A DNA stretch of 64,000 nt from Escherichia coli (lineage in GTDB: Bacteria > Pseudomonadota > Gammaproteobacteria > Enterobacterales > Enterobacteriaceae). How positions within the stretch are numbered: the first letter of the stretch is position 1; the number at the start of each line of letters is the position of its first letter. Positions 48,241-60,390 of this stretch are shown here, in pieces. The notes under the pieces are model-generated. The model worked only from the letters and a program-made list of their open reading frames with translations, was not told the origin of the DNA and ran no database searches. The stretch is taken from the NCBI RefSeq assembly GCF_030013205.1, contig NZ_CP122648.1; one strand, written 5' to 3'. Made by a program: the position numbers and the translations under genes.

Positions 48241-48909
48241 ATGTCCTTCACTCGACGCAAATTTGTTCTGGGGATGGGAACAGTAATCTTTTTTACTGGT
48301 TCTGCGTCTTCTCTGTTAGCGAACACGAGGCAAGAAAAGGAAGTTCGGTATGCCATGATTCATGACGAGTCACGGTGCAATGGCTGTAATATTTGCGCCC
48401 GCGCATGCCGTAAAACTAACCACGTCCCCGCTCAGGGAAGCCGTTTATCGATAGCACACATTCCAGTCACCGATAACGACAACGAAACGCAGTATCACTA
48501 TTTTCGCCAGTCATGCCAGCACTGTGAAGATGCTCCTTGCATCGATGTTTGCCCGACAGGGGCGTCGTGGCGTGATGAGCAGGGGATCGTGCGGGTAGAA
48601 AAATCGCAGTGCATCGGCTGCAGTTATTGCATTGGCGCTTGCCCGTACCAGGTTCGCTACCTTAACCCTGTCACTAAAGTGGCAGATAAATGTGATTTCT
48701 GCGCTGAGTCCCGACTGGCAAAAGGCTTTCCGCCCATTTGCGTCAGCGCCTGCCCGGAACACGCCTTGATCTTTGGTCGCGAAGATAGCCCAGAAATTCA
48801 GGCGTGGTTGCAGGAAAATAAATACTATCAATATCAGCTACCTGGTGCCGGGAAACCGCATCTGTATCGCCGATTCGGTCAACATTTGATTAAAAAGGAA
48901 AATGTATGA
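48241..48909 (+). CDS. ydhX: Tat-signal ferredoxin-like 4Fe-4S protein
   Basis: 222-aa protein from ATG at 48241 (MSFTRRKFVLG twin-arginine signal); four Cys clusters. Confidence 0.9.
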   Translation: MSFTRRKFVLGMGTVIFFTGSASSLLANTRQEKEVRYAMIHDESRCNGCNICARACRKTNHVPAQGSRLSIAHIPVTDNDNETQYHYFRQSCQHCEDAPCIDVCPTGASWRDEQGIVRVEKSQCIGCSYCIGACPYQVRYLNPVTKVADKCDFCAESRLAKGFPPICVSACPEHALIFGREDSPEIQAWLQENKYYQYQLPGAGKPHLYRRFGQHLIKKENV

Positions 48910-49691
48910 ACCCGTCGCAACATGCTGAACAGTTTCAGAGCCTGTTGGCGAACTATGTGCCACAGTTCACTCCCGAATTTTGGCCGGTGTGGTTGATCAT
49001 TGCCGGACTATTGCTGGTTGGGATGTGCTTGGTGCTGGGGCTGCATGCCTTGCTTCGTGCTCGTGGCGTGAAGAAATCAGCCACCGATCATGGTGAGAAG
49101 ATTTATCTTTACAGCAAAGCGGTCAGATTATGGCACTGGTCGAATGCGTTACTCTTTGTATTGTTGCTGGCAAGTGGGCTGATAAATCACTTTGCGCTGG
49201 TGGGCGCAACTGCGGTTAAAAGTCTGGTTGCGGTGCATGAAGTTTGCGGATTTTTGTTACTGGCATGCTGGCTTGGCTTTGTTCTGATCAATGCCGTTGG
49301 GGGTAATGGTCACCACTATCGCATTCGTCGTCAGGGTTGGCTGGAGCGAGCGGCAAAACAAACGCGATTTTATTTGTTTGGTATTATGCAGGGGGAAGAA
49401 CATCCTTTCCCGGCAACAACACAGTCTAAATTTAATCCCTTACAGCAGGTCGCCTATGTTGGTGTCATGTATGGATTGCTGCCGTTGTTACTATTGACGG
49501 GGCTGCTGTGTCTCTATCCGCAAGCCGTGGGAGATGTGTTTCCTGGCGTAAGATACTGGTTATTGCAGGCGCATTTTGCTCTGGCATTTATAAGCCTCTT
49601 TTTTATCTTCGGTCATCTTTATCTTTGCACCACGGGGCGTACGCCACACGAAACCTTTAAAAGCATGGTCGATGGCTATCACCGGCACTAA
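48906..49691 (+). CDS. ydhU: Membrane cytochrome b-type subunit (PhsC-like)
   Basis: 261-aa polytopic ORF; 4-nt overlap with ydhX. Confidence 0.9.
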   Translation: MNPSQHAEQFQSLLANYVPQFTPEFWPVWLIIAGLLLVGMCLVLGLHALLRARGVKKSATDHGEKIYLYSKAVRLWHWSNALLFVLLLASGLINHFALVGATAVKSLVAVHEVCGFLLLACWLGFVLINAVGGNGHHYRIRRQGWLERAAKQTRFYLFGIMQGEEHPFPATTQSKFNPLQQVAYVGVMYGLLPLLLLTGLLCLYPQAVGDVFPGVRYWLLQAHFALAFISLFFIFGHLYLCTTGRTPHETFKSMVDGYHRH

Positions 49692-49694
49692 CGA

Positions 49695-50507
49695 ATGATC
49701 ATTACACGAGCAGACCTGCGAGAATGGCGTATCGGAGCGGTGATGTATCGCTGGTTCCTGCGCCATTTCCCACGCGGCGGTAGTTATGCCGATATTCATC
49801 ATGCACTGATTGAGGAAGGATATACGGACTGGGCGGAGAGTCTGGTTGAGTATGCGTGGAAAAAATGGCTGGCGGATGAAAACTTCGCGCATCAGGAAGT
49901 TTCCTCTATGCAAAAATTGGCCACAGATCCCGGAGAGAGAGCATTTTGTAGTCAGTTTGCCCGCAGCGACGATCATGCTCGCATCGGCTGTTGTGACGAT
50001 AACGCCAGAATCGCAACCGCTGGGTATGCTGCACAAATTGCCAGTATGGGTTATAGCGTGCGGATTGGAAGTGTCGGCTTTAACAGTCACATTGGCAGCT
50101 CCGGTGAGCGTGCACGGGTTGCTGTAACCGGCAATTCTTCGCGGATAAGCAGCGCTGGAGATAGTAGTCGGATTGCGAATACCGGAATGCGAGTACGCGT
50201 TTGTACATTGGGTGAACGGTGTCATGTCGCCAGTAATGGTGACCTGGTGCAAATCGCCAGCTTTGGCGCAAACGCCAGAATTGCCAACAGCGGCGACAAT
50301 GTATACATCATTGCCAGCGGTGAAGATTCAACAGTAGTGAGCACGGGCGTGGTCGACTCAATTATTCTCGGGCCAGGGGGAAGCGCCGCACTGGCATATC
50401 ATGACGGCGAAAGAGTTCGCTTCGCCGTCGCCATTGAAGGTGAAAACAATATTCGAGCCGGAGTCCGCTATCGCCTTAATGAACAGCATCAGTTTGTTGA
50501 GTGCTGA
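49695..50507 (+). CDS. ydhT: Uncharacterised protein YdhT with tandem nonapeptide repeats
   Basis: 270-aa ORF; residues ~93-227 show 9-residue periodicity (xxxR[IV]xxxG). Confidence 0.9.
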   Translation: MIITRADLREWRIGAVMYRWFLRHFPRGGSYADIHHALIEEGYTDWAESLVEYAWKKWLADENFAHQEVSSMQKLATDPGERAFCSQFARSDDHARIGCCDDNARIATAGYAAQIASMGYSVRIGSVGFNSHIGSSGERARVAVTGNSSRISSAGDSSRIANTGMRVRVCTLGERCHVASNGDLVQIASFGANARIANSGDNVYIIASGEDSTVVSTGVVDSIILGPGGSAALAYHDGERVRFAVAIEGENNIRAGVRYRLNEQHQFVEC

Positions 50508-50512
50508 TAGCT

Positions 50513-52123
50513 TTACATTTGATTAAACGAAAGACGCTGACGAGCACGGGATGCAGGCTTTACGACCGCCTGAGCCATCGCCTCACCAATTTCTGCACAT
50601 GCCGTAAGTCCCTGTACGAATGGCTGGTCGTGCATCAACCAGGGCAACGCGCCGAACGCTACGCGCCCACGAATTTCTTCGGGTTGCTGTAGCGTATAAT
50701 CTTCGCCAACATCAGGGATTTCATCCCCTGTTTTCTGTAATTGTTCGCGTAGTCCAGGGAAAGGAATATCTTTCACTTTAAGCGGACGCTGCCCGCGGGC
50801 ATCAATAAAAACGTCAAACGAGTAGCTGTTGTCTTCCGTTTTCAGGACGGTGCGCGACTCATTAATTTCCATTTCGTAGTCTTCACCGAGGGCGAGAATA
50901 TGAATGATTCCCGCTTCACGTAAGGCCAGCAGCCGACGAATAGACTCTGAAGGGATTGCCGCATAATTATCGATGAAAACCCGGGCAAGGCTTTTACTGA
51001 ACCGTTTATGGTCGAGTTCATTCAGATGAGGAACAATTTCCTGTACGGCTTCATGCAGGCGCAGAATGACATAACGCCAGGGAACAGTATGTTTTTCTCG
51101 TTTATTGCGTTCGACTTCCTGGAGATTTTTTTCTGCCCAGTCGAACGGGTCGCGTTGTTTGCGCTCGGCAAACCAGGCTTGAGCAAAGGAATCGACATTC
51201 AGGCTTTCTAAGGCTATGCGTTGGCTCCAGTCTGGATCAGCAAATTTGATTTCCTCTACTATCAATCTAAATACCCGATCCAAAAGGCCCTCTTCGCCTT
51301 TTTGAATCTCAGCATTTAATGCTTGATCAGTGACGATGTGTAAGGGCTCGTAGGGAATAGGGCAATAGAAATCGGCTTCGGGTAGAATACCTGTGCGCGA
51401 CATTAACGTAATATTTAGCTTTTCACTTGCGTTATCGCGGTGAAAAATGACGTGTTGTTTATCATCTTCAATGAACGAACCATGCTGAATAGCCACTGCC
51501 ATTGCCGCATCTAGTCCGCTCAAGGATGTTCCCATAATACCCACGTTACACGCATCGACCTTTGCTTCCATCAGGCCTGACCACGGGCTGGGAAAATACG
51601 TTCTGGTTGCTTCTTCTTCATCAGGCCAGACGTGACCCGTCGCGATCACTGCTAAATCAAACGTCTCGCTGGGTAAATCCTGATTTGTAGCGAGCATGAC
51701 GCCAGCATTTATAATTTGCAGATCGGTAACCTGGCATGATTCATAAACAGCCACTGCAAATTTTTGCTGTCGTGCCTGGTCTACTAATCGTAAAAATTGA
51801 TCGCGGAAATATTCGCCCAGCAGAATTCGCGGTAAAAACTGACGATCGTGCAAGGTTTCTTTTTTAACGCCATAACGCTGGAGATGGCTGGCTTCTTGCT
51901 TTTGTAGCCATTCGAGATACGTACAATAAATCGGCGGTATTTCAATACTGGCAATATTTGCCAGCATCATTTTTGAGTTTTCCTCATCACTGTATGGCAT
52001 CCCGACACCGGCTTCATCAGCCTGCTCGAAGATAGAAATAGAAAGTGGAGTTTGTTGCTGTAGAAGCGAGAATAAGGTGTAGATCCCCGTAGGCCCGGCA
52101 CCCACAATAGCAATTTTTTTCAT
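50513..52123 (-). CDS. ydhS: FAD/NAD(P)-binding protein of unknown function
   Basis: 536-aa ORF with N-terminal GAGPTG dinucleotide-binding motif. Confidence 0.9.
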   Translation of the reverse strand: MKKIAIVGAGPTGIYTLFSLLQQQTPLSISIFEQADEAGVGMPYSDEENSKMMLANIASIEIPPIYCTYLEWLQKQEASHLQRYGVKKETLHDRQFLPRILLGEYFRDQFLRLVDQARQQKFAVAVYESCQVTDLQIINAGVMLATNQDLPSETFDLAVIATGHVWPDEEEATRTYFPSPWSGLMEAKVDACNVGIMGTSLSGLDAAMAVAIQHGSFIEDDKQHVIFHRDNASEKLNITLMSRTGILPEADFYCPIPYEPLHIVTDQALNAEIQKGEEGLLDRVFRLIVEEIKFADPDWSQRIALESLNVDSFAQAWFAERKQRDPFDWAEKNLQEVERNKREKHTVPWRYVILRLHEAVQEIVPHLNELDHKRFSKSLARVFIDNYAAIPSESIRRLLALREAGIIHILALGEDYEMEINESRTVLKTEDNSYSFDVFIDARGQRPLKVKDIPFPGLREQLQKTGDEIPDVGEDYTLQQPEEIRGRVAFGALPWLMHDQPFVQGLTACAEIGEAMAQAVVKPASRARQRLSFNQM

Positions 52124-52248
52124 TGTTACTTACCTGTACGCATTCTTTCGAATTTAGTGTTATCAGATAAGTTTGGTTGAGATTTTTAGAATTTGAGAAA
52201 TTTCAGACAGGGATGAAAAGGGCGCTAACCGCCCTTGATTAAATTCTG

Positions 52249-52554
52249 TCAGGCGAGTTTTGCCTGACTGATTTGACTAAGTGGCTCATTGACATCGAAA
52301 ACTTTGGCGACAACTTCCTCAACGCCGAGATTTTTCAGTCGGGCAGTATGTTTTTCCAGATAGGCAAGGGCGTTTTTTTCATCAGTAAAAAGGTAGATCC
52401 CACCGGCTTCGTGGTTCTTTTCACTTTCTGTCCATACCTTCCACAGAAAACCAGGTTCCTGATTAATCGACTCAGCAAGCGGTTTAAGCTGCTCAGCCAT
52501 TGCGTCGCCAAATGGGCCATTGAAAGAAAAATGAAGTTGTAACAAAGTTGCCAT
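52249..52554 (-). CDS. ydhR: Putative monooxygenase YdhR
   Basis: 101-aa ORF matching K-12 YdhR. Confidence 0.88.
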   Translation of the reverse strand: MATLLQLHFSFNGPFGDAMAEQLKPLAESINQEPGFLWKVWTESEKNHEAGGIYLFTDEKNALAYLEKHTARLKNLGVEEVVAKVFDVNEPLSQISQAKLA

Positions 52555-52662
52555 AGCGATTCTCCTTCTGATAACGCATACGAAGACAGTGTAAATCTTT
52601 TAACGTATTGGATACAGAGAAGAAACAGAGGGAAAAAAGGAGAAGACCAGATTAAGAAAATC

Positions 52663-52739
52663 TGGTGCGTCCGAGTGGACTCGAACCACCGACCCCCACC
52701 ATGTCAAGGTGGTGCTCTAACCAACTGAGCTACGGACGC
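52663..52739 (-). tRNA. valW: tRNA-Val (anticodon GAC)
   Basis: Reverse complement reads GCGTCCGTAGCTCAGTTGGTTAGAGCACCACCTTGACATGGTGGGGGTCGGTGGTTCGAGTCCACTCGGACGCACCA; valV/valW label by synteny. Confidence 0.93.
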
Positions 52740-52743
52740 AGGA

Positions 52744-52820
52744 TGGTGCGTTCAATTGGACTCGAACCAACGACCCCCACCATGTCAAGGTGGTGCTCTA
52801 ACCAACTGAGCTATGAACGC
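52744..52820 (-). tRNA. valV: tRNA-Val (anticodon GAC)
   Basis: Reverse complement reads GCGTTCATAGCTCAGTTGGTTAGAGCACCACCTTGACATGGTGGGGGTCGTTGGTTCGAGTCCAATTGAACGCACCA; 4-nt spacer to neighbour. Confidence 0.93.
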
Positions 52821-53128
52821 AACGTTGTAGGTGACAACGGGGACGAATATTAGCGGCAGAGTGGGAAGGTGGCAAGAGGCAAAACGTAATTTTCTGCGCT
52901 ATTTCGACCGTTTGCAGAGCTTTTAAGCAAATTGGCTATATTTTGTTGATTTGCAAGGGCGATTTTTATTCAGGATCGCATTTACATCTGACACAACCCA
53001 ATAATCTGTGTATCAGAGTTTAAACAGAGTTGTTTGCCACCATCTCAAAATCTGTCGTGGATAAATCCTCCGTAGCCTTTACACTTAGGTAGCAATAAAG
53101 GCACACAGATGCAGCAAAGGAATAAATC

Positions 53129-54385
53129 ATGGGATCTGATGCGAAAAACTTGATGAGCGACGGGAACGTGCAAATTGTTAAGACCGGCGAGGTCATTGGC
53201 GCGACGCAACTTACTGAAGGTGAGTTAATTGTTGAAGCTGGCGCAAGAGCCGAAAATACCGTGGTCACGGGGGCTGGCTGGTTGAAAGTGGCAACCGGTG
53301 GGATCGCCAAATGTACACAGTACGGCAACAATGGCACGCTATCGGTCAGTGACGGTGCCATTGCCACAGATATTGTTCAGTCAGAGGGAGGCGCAATTAG
53401 TCTCTCTACGCTCGCTACGGTTAATGGCCGCCATCCCGAAGGTGAATTTAGCGTTGATCAGGGTTATGCCTGCGGTTTGTTGCTGGAAAATGGCGGTAAC
53501 CTGCGTGTACTGGAAGGCCATCGCGCGGAAAAAATCATTCTCGATCAAGAGGGCGGCCTGTTGGTCAATGGGACAACCTCAGCGGTCGTGGTAGATGAAG
53601 GTGGTGAATTGTTGGTGTATCCAGGTGGGGAAGCCAGCAATTGTGAGATTAATCAGGGCGGCGTTTTTATGCTGGCCGGGAAAGCCAGTGATACGTTGCT
53701 TGCTGGTGGTACCATGAATAATCTCGGTGGTGAAGACTCTGACACTATTGTTGAGAATGGAGCCATTTATCGTCTGGGGACGGATGGCCTTCAGCTCTAT
53801 AGTTCCGGTAAGACGCAAAACCTGTCCGTTAATGTGGGTGGTCGGGCTGAAGTGCATGCCGGTACGCTGGAAAACGCGGTAATACAAGGTGGGACAGTGA
53901 TCTTGTTGTCACCCACCAGCGCGGACGAAAATTTTGTCGTAGAGGAAGATCGCGCACCGGTTGAACTGACCGGGAGTGTTGCATTACTGGACGGCGCTTC
54001 AATGATTATTGGCTATGGCGCAGATCTGCAACAATCAACGATTACTGTACAGCAGGGCGGTGTGTTGATTCTCGACGGCAGTACGGTAAAAGGTGACAGT
54101 GTCACTTTCAGTGTTGGTAACATCAATCTGAATGGCGGAAAACTGTGGCTGATCACTGATGCGGCAACGCAGGTGCATCTGAAAGTGAAACGCCTGCGTG
54201 GAGAGGGAGCGATTTGCCTGCAAACCAGTGCGAAAGAAATTTCACCTGACTTCATCAATGTGAAAGGGGAAGTTACTGGTGATATACACGTTGAGATAAC
54301 AGATGCCAGTCGGCAAACTCTGTGTAACGCACTGAAACTACAGCCAGACGAAGACGGGATTGGCGCAACGCTCCAGCCTGCGTAA
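53129..54385 (+). CDS. ydhQ: Autotransporter passenger-like beta-helical repeat protein (no signal peptide or barrel evident)
   Basis: 418-aa ORF rich in Gly-containing beta-helix-type repeats. Confidence 0.9.
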   Translation: MGSDAKNLMSDGNVQIVKTGEVIGATQLTEGELIVEAGARAENTVVTGAGWLKVATGGIAKCTQYGNNGTLSVSDGAIATDIVQSEGGAISLSTLATVNGRHPEGEFSVDQGYACGLLLENGGNLRVLEGHRAEKIILDQEGGLLVNGTTSAVVVDEGGELLVYPGGEASNCEINQGGVFMLAGKASDTLLAGGTMNNLGGEDSDTIVENGAIYRLGTDGLQLYSSGKTQNLSVNVGGRAEVHAGTLENAVIQGGTVILLSPTSADENFVVEEDRAPVELTGSVALLDGASMIIGYGADLQQSTITVQQGGVLILDGSTVKGDSVTFSVGNINLNGGKLWLITDAATQVHLKVKRLRGEGAICLQTSAKEISPDFINVKGEVTGDIHVEITDASRQTLCNALKLQPDEDGIGATLQPA

Positions 54386-54425
54386 AAACACAGGCGCAAC
54401 CCGTGAAGGTTGCGCCTTGTCTTTA

Positions 54426-55820
<1,395 letters not shown>

Positions 55821-56013
55821 TTATATGAGAGACTAAAAAGCCGCCTGAATGGGCAGCAAAAAGAAGAAGCAGGGGAAATTCAGTCTATTGTAGCGAGGAT
55901 TTATTAATTCTCCAGTGAAAAAATAGTCATTCTTACCCCTTCACTGGTAAGGGCGTTTGCCACCTGCTATTGTGCTGAACAGAATGTCTTAACTGATTTC
56001 AGGAGTTGTAAGT

Positions 56014-56655
56014 ATGTTTACGGGGATTGTACAGGGCACCGCAAAACTGGTGTCGATTGACGAGAAACCAAATTTTCGCACGCATGTGGTGGAGTTACCC
56101 GACCACATGCTGGACGGCCTGGAAACCGGTGCGTCCGTGGCGCATAACGGTTGCTGCCTGACCGTGACGGAAATTAACGGCAACCATGTCAGTTTTGACC
56201 TGATGAAAGAAACGTTACGCATTACTAATCTTGGCGATTTAAAAGTGGGGGATTGGGTAAACGTTGAGCGTGCGGCGAAATTCAGTGATGAAATTGGCGG
56301 ACACTTAATGTCAGGTCATATTATGACCACCGCTGAAGTGGCGAAAATATTAACCTCGGAAAATAATCGCCAGATCTGGTTTAAAGTCCAGGATAGTCAG
56401 TTGATGAAATATATTCTGTACAAAGGATTTATTGGCATCGACGGTATTAGCCTGACCGTCGGCGAAGTCACGCCAACGCGTTTTTGCGTCCATTTAATTC
56501 CGGAAACACTGGAACGCACGACTCTTGGGAAGAAAAAACTTGGCGCACGCGTCAACATTGAAATCGATCCACAAACTCAGGCAGTGGTAGATACGGTAGA
56601 ACGAGTGCTGGCGGCACGAGAAAATGCCATGAATCAACCAGGTACAGAAGCCTGA
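56014..56655 (+). CDS. ribC: Riboflavin synthase
   Basis: 213-aa [16 protein letters not shown]..., lumazine-binding repeats. Confidence 0.95.
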   Translation: MFTGIVQGTAKLVSIDEKPNFRTHVVELPDHMLDGLETGASVAHNGCCLTVTEINGNHVSFDLMKETLRITNLGDLKVGDWVNVERAAKFSDEIGGHLMSGHIMTTAEVAKILTSENNRQIWFKVQDSQLMKYILYKGFIGIDGISLTVGEVTPTRFCVHLIPETLERTTLGKKKLGARVNIEIDPQTQAVVDTVERVLAARENAMNQPGTEA

Positions 56656-56694
56656 TCTGAAATCGCCCCCGGAGAGGGGGCGATAGAATAGCCT

Positions 56695-57843
56695 TTAGCG
56701 AGCCACTCGAAGGCCGTTTTCAACACCGCGTGAGAACACGACCTGCCAGAGCTGAATATCACGGGCGCGGAAAGCACCTGCACAGGCATTCAGATAATAG
56801 GTAAACATCCGTTTAAAGCGTTCACTGTAGTTATCTGCAATTTCTGGCCATGCGGCGAGGAATCGTTCATACCACGCCATCAAGGTAGTATCGTAATCAG
56901 CACCGAAGTTATGCCAGTCTTCCATCACAAAGTGGGGTTCGCTGGACTGAGCAATCTGGCGTACAGAGGGCAGGCAACCGTTCGGAAAAATATATTTATT
57001 AATCCAGGGATCAACATTCAGATCGGTTTTTTTCGAACCGATAGTATGGAGCAGGAATATGCCTTCCGGTTTCAAATTACGATCCACCACCGCAAAATAA
57101 GTATCGTAATTTTTCGGTCCGACGTGCTCGAACATCCCCACAGAAACAATACGATCAAACTGGTCGTTCAGGTCACGATAATCTTGCAGCAAAATGGTGA
57201 CATCCAGGCCTTCGCAGCGTTCCTGAGCCATTTTTTGCTGTTCGGCAGAAATGGTGACGCCAACCACGCTTACGTCATAATTAGATGCCATGTAGTGCGC
57301 CAGTCCGCCCCAGCCGCAGCCAATATCCAGTACGCGCATCCCTGGTTTTAACTGCAATTTTTCACAAATCATTTTGAGCTTCGCCTGCTGGGCAGATTCC
57401 AGATTATCGGCATCTTTCCAGTAAGCGCAGGAATATTGCATGAAGGGATCAAGCATGCGGCTGAACAAGTCATTACCCAAATCGTAATGCTCTTTGCCGA
57501 CTATCCAGGCACGTTTTTTACTCTGCAGATTGAAGAGACGAGCGCCGGCAATACGCAGCGTGTCTTTGAAATGATGGGGGAGTTGGTTCTCGAGACCTGC
57601 GCGTAAGACTTTGCTAAAAAACATATCCAGTCGGTCACATTCCCACCAGCCATCCATATAACTTTCGCCTAACCCCAACGATCCTTCCTGCAGAACGCGT
57701 TTAAAAAAATCGGGGTTTTTCACATGAATATCCGCCGGGGCAGAACCGTTAATGGCTATACCGGCACGGCTAAGTAATTCGTTGGCGATACGGTACCAGT
57801 TGTCATCCGGTACACTGACTTCTTCTATACACGATGAACTCAT
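56695..57843 (-). CDS. cfa: Cyclopropane fatty acyl phospholipid synthase
   Basis: 382-aa ORF with SAM-binding VLDIGCGWG motif. Confidence 0.96.
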   Translation of the reverse strand: MSSSCIEEVSVPDDNWYRIANELLSRAGIAINGSAPADIHVKNPDFFKRVLQEGSLGLGESYMDGWWECDRLDMFFSKVLRAGLENQLPHHFKDTLRIAGARLFNLQSKKRAWIVGKEHYDLGNDLFSRMLDPFMQYSCAYWKDADNLESAQQAKLKMICEKLQLKPGMRVLDIGCGWGGLAHYMASNYDVSVVGVTISAEQQKMAQERCEGLDVTILLQDYRDLNDQFDRIVSVGMFEHVGPKNYDTYFAVVDRNLKPEGIFLLHTIGSKKTDLNVDPWINKYIFPNGCLPSVRQIAQSSEPHFVMEDWHNFGADYDTTLMAWYERFLAAWPEIADNYSERFKRMFTYYLNACAGAFRARDIQLWQVVFSRGVENGLRVAR

Positions 57844-58133
57844 AGTTTCTCCATCACTGGTCGGTGATCAGAACCTTAAAACAGCGTAGACGCTTTTTGG
57901 GCTTTGTGAGAAATCTCGCAGAAAAAACCGCGAGTCTATAATCCGACGTAGAACAGAGGGAAAGGAGGAACCCTTGCCGAAATGACCATCCATAGCGAGT
58001 CGGGAACGATCCTGTCCCCGTAAAAACATAATATTTATCGTAGCTTTAACAACTCGAAATTAGTATAGGCCGCTAATTTCAATCATACAACAAAATTTTG
58101 TTAGCAGCCTAAGTATAATCATATCGATATAGA

Positions 58134-59345
58134 TCAGTGTGATTCGCTATGAGCGACTTCGGCATTGCCATGATTCTGACAGTCTACTTCTTCACAACGT
58201 TGCATCATGTAACCCAGAGCAACCAGCACTACTGTTGATAACATCACGCTGGTGGTGGTGAGCAATGGCGTGCTGATACTGATAAGCCAGGAAACTACCA
58301 GACTTGCGAGGAAGCACAGACCCAGTTGTAGAGTGTTCTGCAACGCTGCGGCGCGACCAGTTGCATGTGGGAAGGGACGCAGCGCCTGGGCGACAACAAT
58401 CGGGTAGATCGCGCCATTGGCAATCGCCATCACACAGAATGGGATCAGGATTTCGACTAGCGACACATGGCTAATGAAGCCCGCAGCCCAGGTCGCAATG
58501 ACGCTGACAGCAAACAGTACCAGCAACCACGGTAATAACTGCTTGCCTTGCCATTTCTGCAGTGCGGCGCGACAGCCATAACCACCAATCAGAAACGCGA
58601 TAGTTTGCGGGACATAACTTAAACCAATAACTGCCGGGCTGTAGCCCATTTCACTAAGGATGAACGGTGAGCCGGTCAGCCATGCAAAAAAACTGGCTGA
58701 ACAGGCCGCATATATCAGCACGTTGCCGCGATAGGTTTTAGAACGTAGCAGGTCGGTAAAGGTCAGACCATCCTGACTATTGTTACGGGCCTTCGTCGTG
58801 GGTTTGAGCCAGAAAATAGGCAGAATCAGCACCACGGTAATGGCAAACAGGGTGGCGAAAATCGCCTGCCAGGAAAAATGGACCAGCAGCCAGCTTCCTA
58901 ACAGAGGAGCCAGTGCCGGAGATAGACCCACCAGCGGCATGATGGTCGCAAAAATACGGTTAACTTTCTGTGAAGGATAATAATCCGTCACTAACGCTTG
59001 CCAGATAACCGCCGCGGCGCAGACACCCACAGCCTGTACAAAACGCAATACCAGCAGCGTAGCGGCGTTTTCTACCCACAGCATCCCCAGACTACCTAAC
59101 GCAAAAATTGTCAGGCCGATTAATAATACCGGTTTACGACCATAACGGTCGGAGAGCGGCCCCCACAGAAGCTGGGCTGCGGCAAAACCGGCAAGGAACA
59201 GACTAAGGCTGGCACTGACAGCAGACGCAGGCGTTTGCAGGTCGGCCTGTATGGCGGCGAAAGCAGGCAGATACATATCGGTTGCCAGAAAACCGAGTAC
59301 GCTCAAACCCGCCAGCCAGACTAAAAATCTTTTCCCAGGTTGCAT
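58134..59345 (-). CDS. ydhC: MFS transporter (purine nucleoside transporter)
   Basis: 403-aa polytopic ORF, divergent from punR. Confidence 0.92.
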   Translation of the reverse strand: MQPGKRFLVWLAGLSVLGFLATDMYLPAFAAIQADLQTPASAVSASLSLFLAGFAAAQLLWGPLSDRYGRKPVLLIGLTIFALGSLGMLWVENAATLLVLRFVQAVGVCAAAVIWQALVTDYYPSQKVNRIFATIMPLVGLSPALAPLLGSWLLVHFSWQAIFATLFAITVVLILPIFWLKPTTKARNNSQDGLTFTDLLRSKTYRGNVLIYAACSASFFAWLTGSPFILSEMGYSPAVIGLSYVPQTIAFLIGGYGCRAALQKWQGKQLLPWLLVLFAVSVIATWAAGFISHVSLVEILIPFCVMAIANGAIYPIVVAQALRPFPHATGRAAALQNTLQLGLCFLASLVVSWLISISTPLLTTTSVMLSTVVLVALGYMMQRCEEVDCQNHGNAEVAHSESH

Positions 59346-59457
59346 GTATATTCTCTAAATCTCTCAATTAAACACCGCCGCAAAGTGTAGGGAGTGAAAT
59401 TAGTGTTGTGAAACGGTAATATTTGATGACTGGTTTCAAAAATTTTGCAGGCAGACT

Positions 59458-60390
59458 ATGTGGTCAGAATATTCACTCGAAGTTGTTGATGCGGTAGCGC
59501 GTAATGGTAGTTTTAGCGCTGCGGCACAGGAGTTGCATCGCGTTCCTTCTGCGGTCAGCTATACCGTGCGTCAGCTGGAAGAGTGGCTGGCGGTGCCGCT
59601 GTTTGAACGACGTCACCGTGATGTGGAACTGACCGCTGCCGGGGCGTGGTTTCTCAAAGAAGGGCGCTCTGTTGTCAAAAAAATGCAGATCACCCGGCAG
59701 CAATGTCAGCAGATAGCGAACGGCTGGCGCGGTCAGTTAGCTATCGCAGTGGATAATATTGTCAGGCCAGAACGTACACGGCAGATGATCGTTGATTTTT
59801 ATCGCCATTTTGATGATGTCGAACTTCTTGTCTTTCAGGAAGTGTTCAACGGTGTCTGGGATGCGCTTTCCGACGGGCGCGTGGAACTGGCGATTGGCGC
59901 AACACGCGCGATTCCGGTAGGCGGTCGTTATGCCTTCCGCGATATGGGGATGCTAAGCTGGAGTTGCGTTGTTGCCAGTCACCACCCGCTGGCGTTGATG
60001 GATGGCCCGTTCAGCGATGATACGTTGCGCAACTGGCCCTCGTTGGTGCGCGAAGACACCTCGCGAACGCTACCTAAACGTATTACCTGGTTGCTGGATA
60101 ACCAAAAAAGACTTGTCGTGCCTGACTGGGAATCATCGGCAACCTGTATCTCGGCAGGATTATGCATAGGGATGGTGCCAACACATTTCGCCAAACCGTG
60201 GCTTAATGAGGGGAAGTGGGTGGCACTAGAACTGGAAAACCCCTTCCCGGATTCGGCATGTTGTCTGACATGGCAGCAAAATGATATGTCGCCTGCGTTA
60301 ACCTGGTTGCTTGAGTATCTCGGCGATAGTGAGACGCTGAATAAGGAGTGGCTGCGGGAGCCGGAAGAGACTCCCGCAACGGGTGATTAA
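59458..60390 (+). CDS. punR: LysR-family transcriptional regulator
   Basis: 310-aa ORF with N-terminal LysR HTH. Confidence 0.92.

Noticed and set aside
52665-52853. 62-aa ORF spanning the tRNA region
   Set aside because: The sequence is two tRNA-Val genes on the opposite strand; the ORF is a translation artefact of tRNA DNA.
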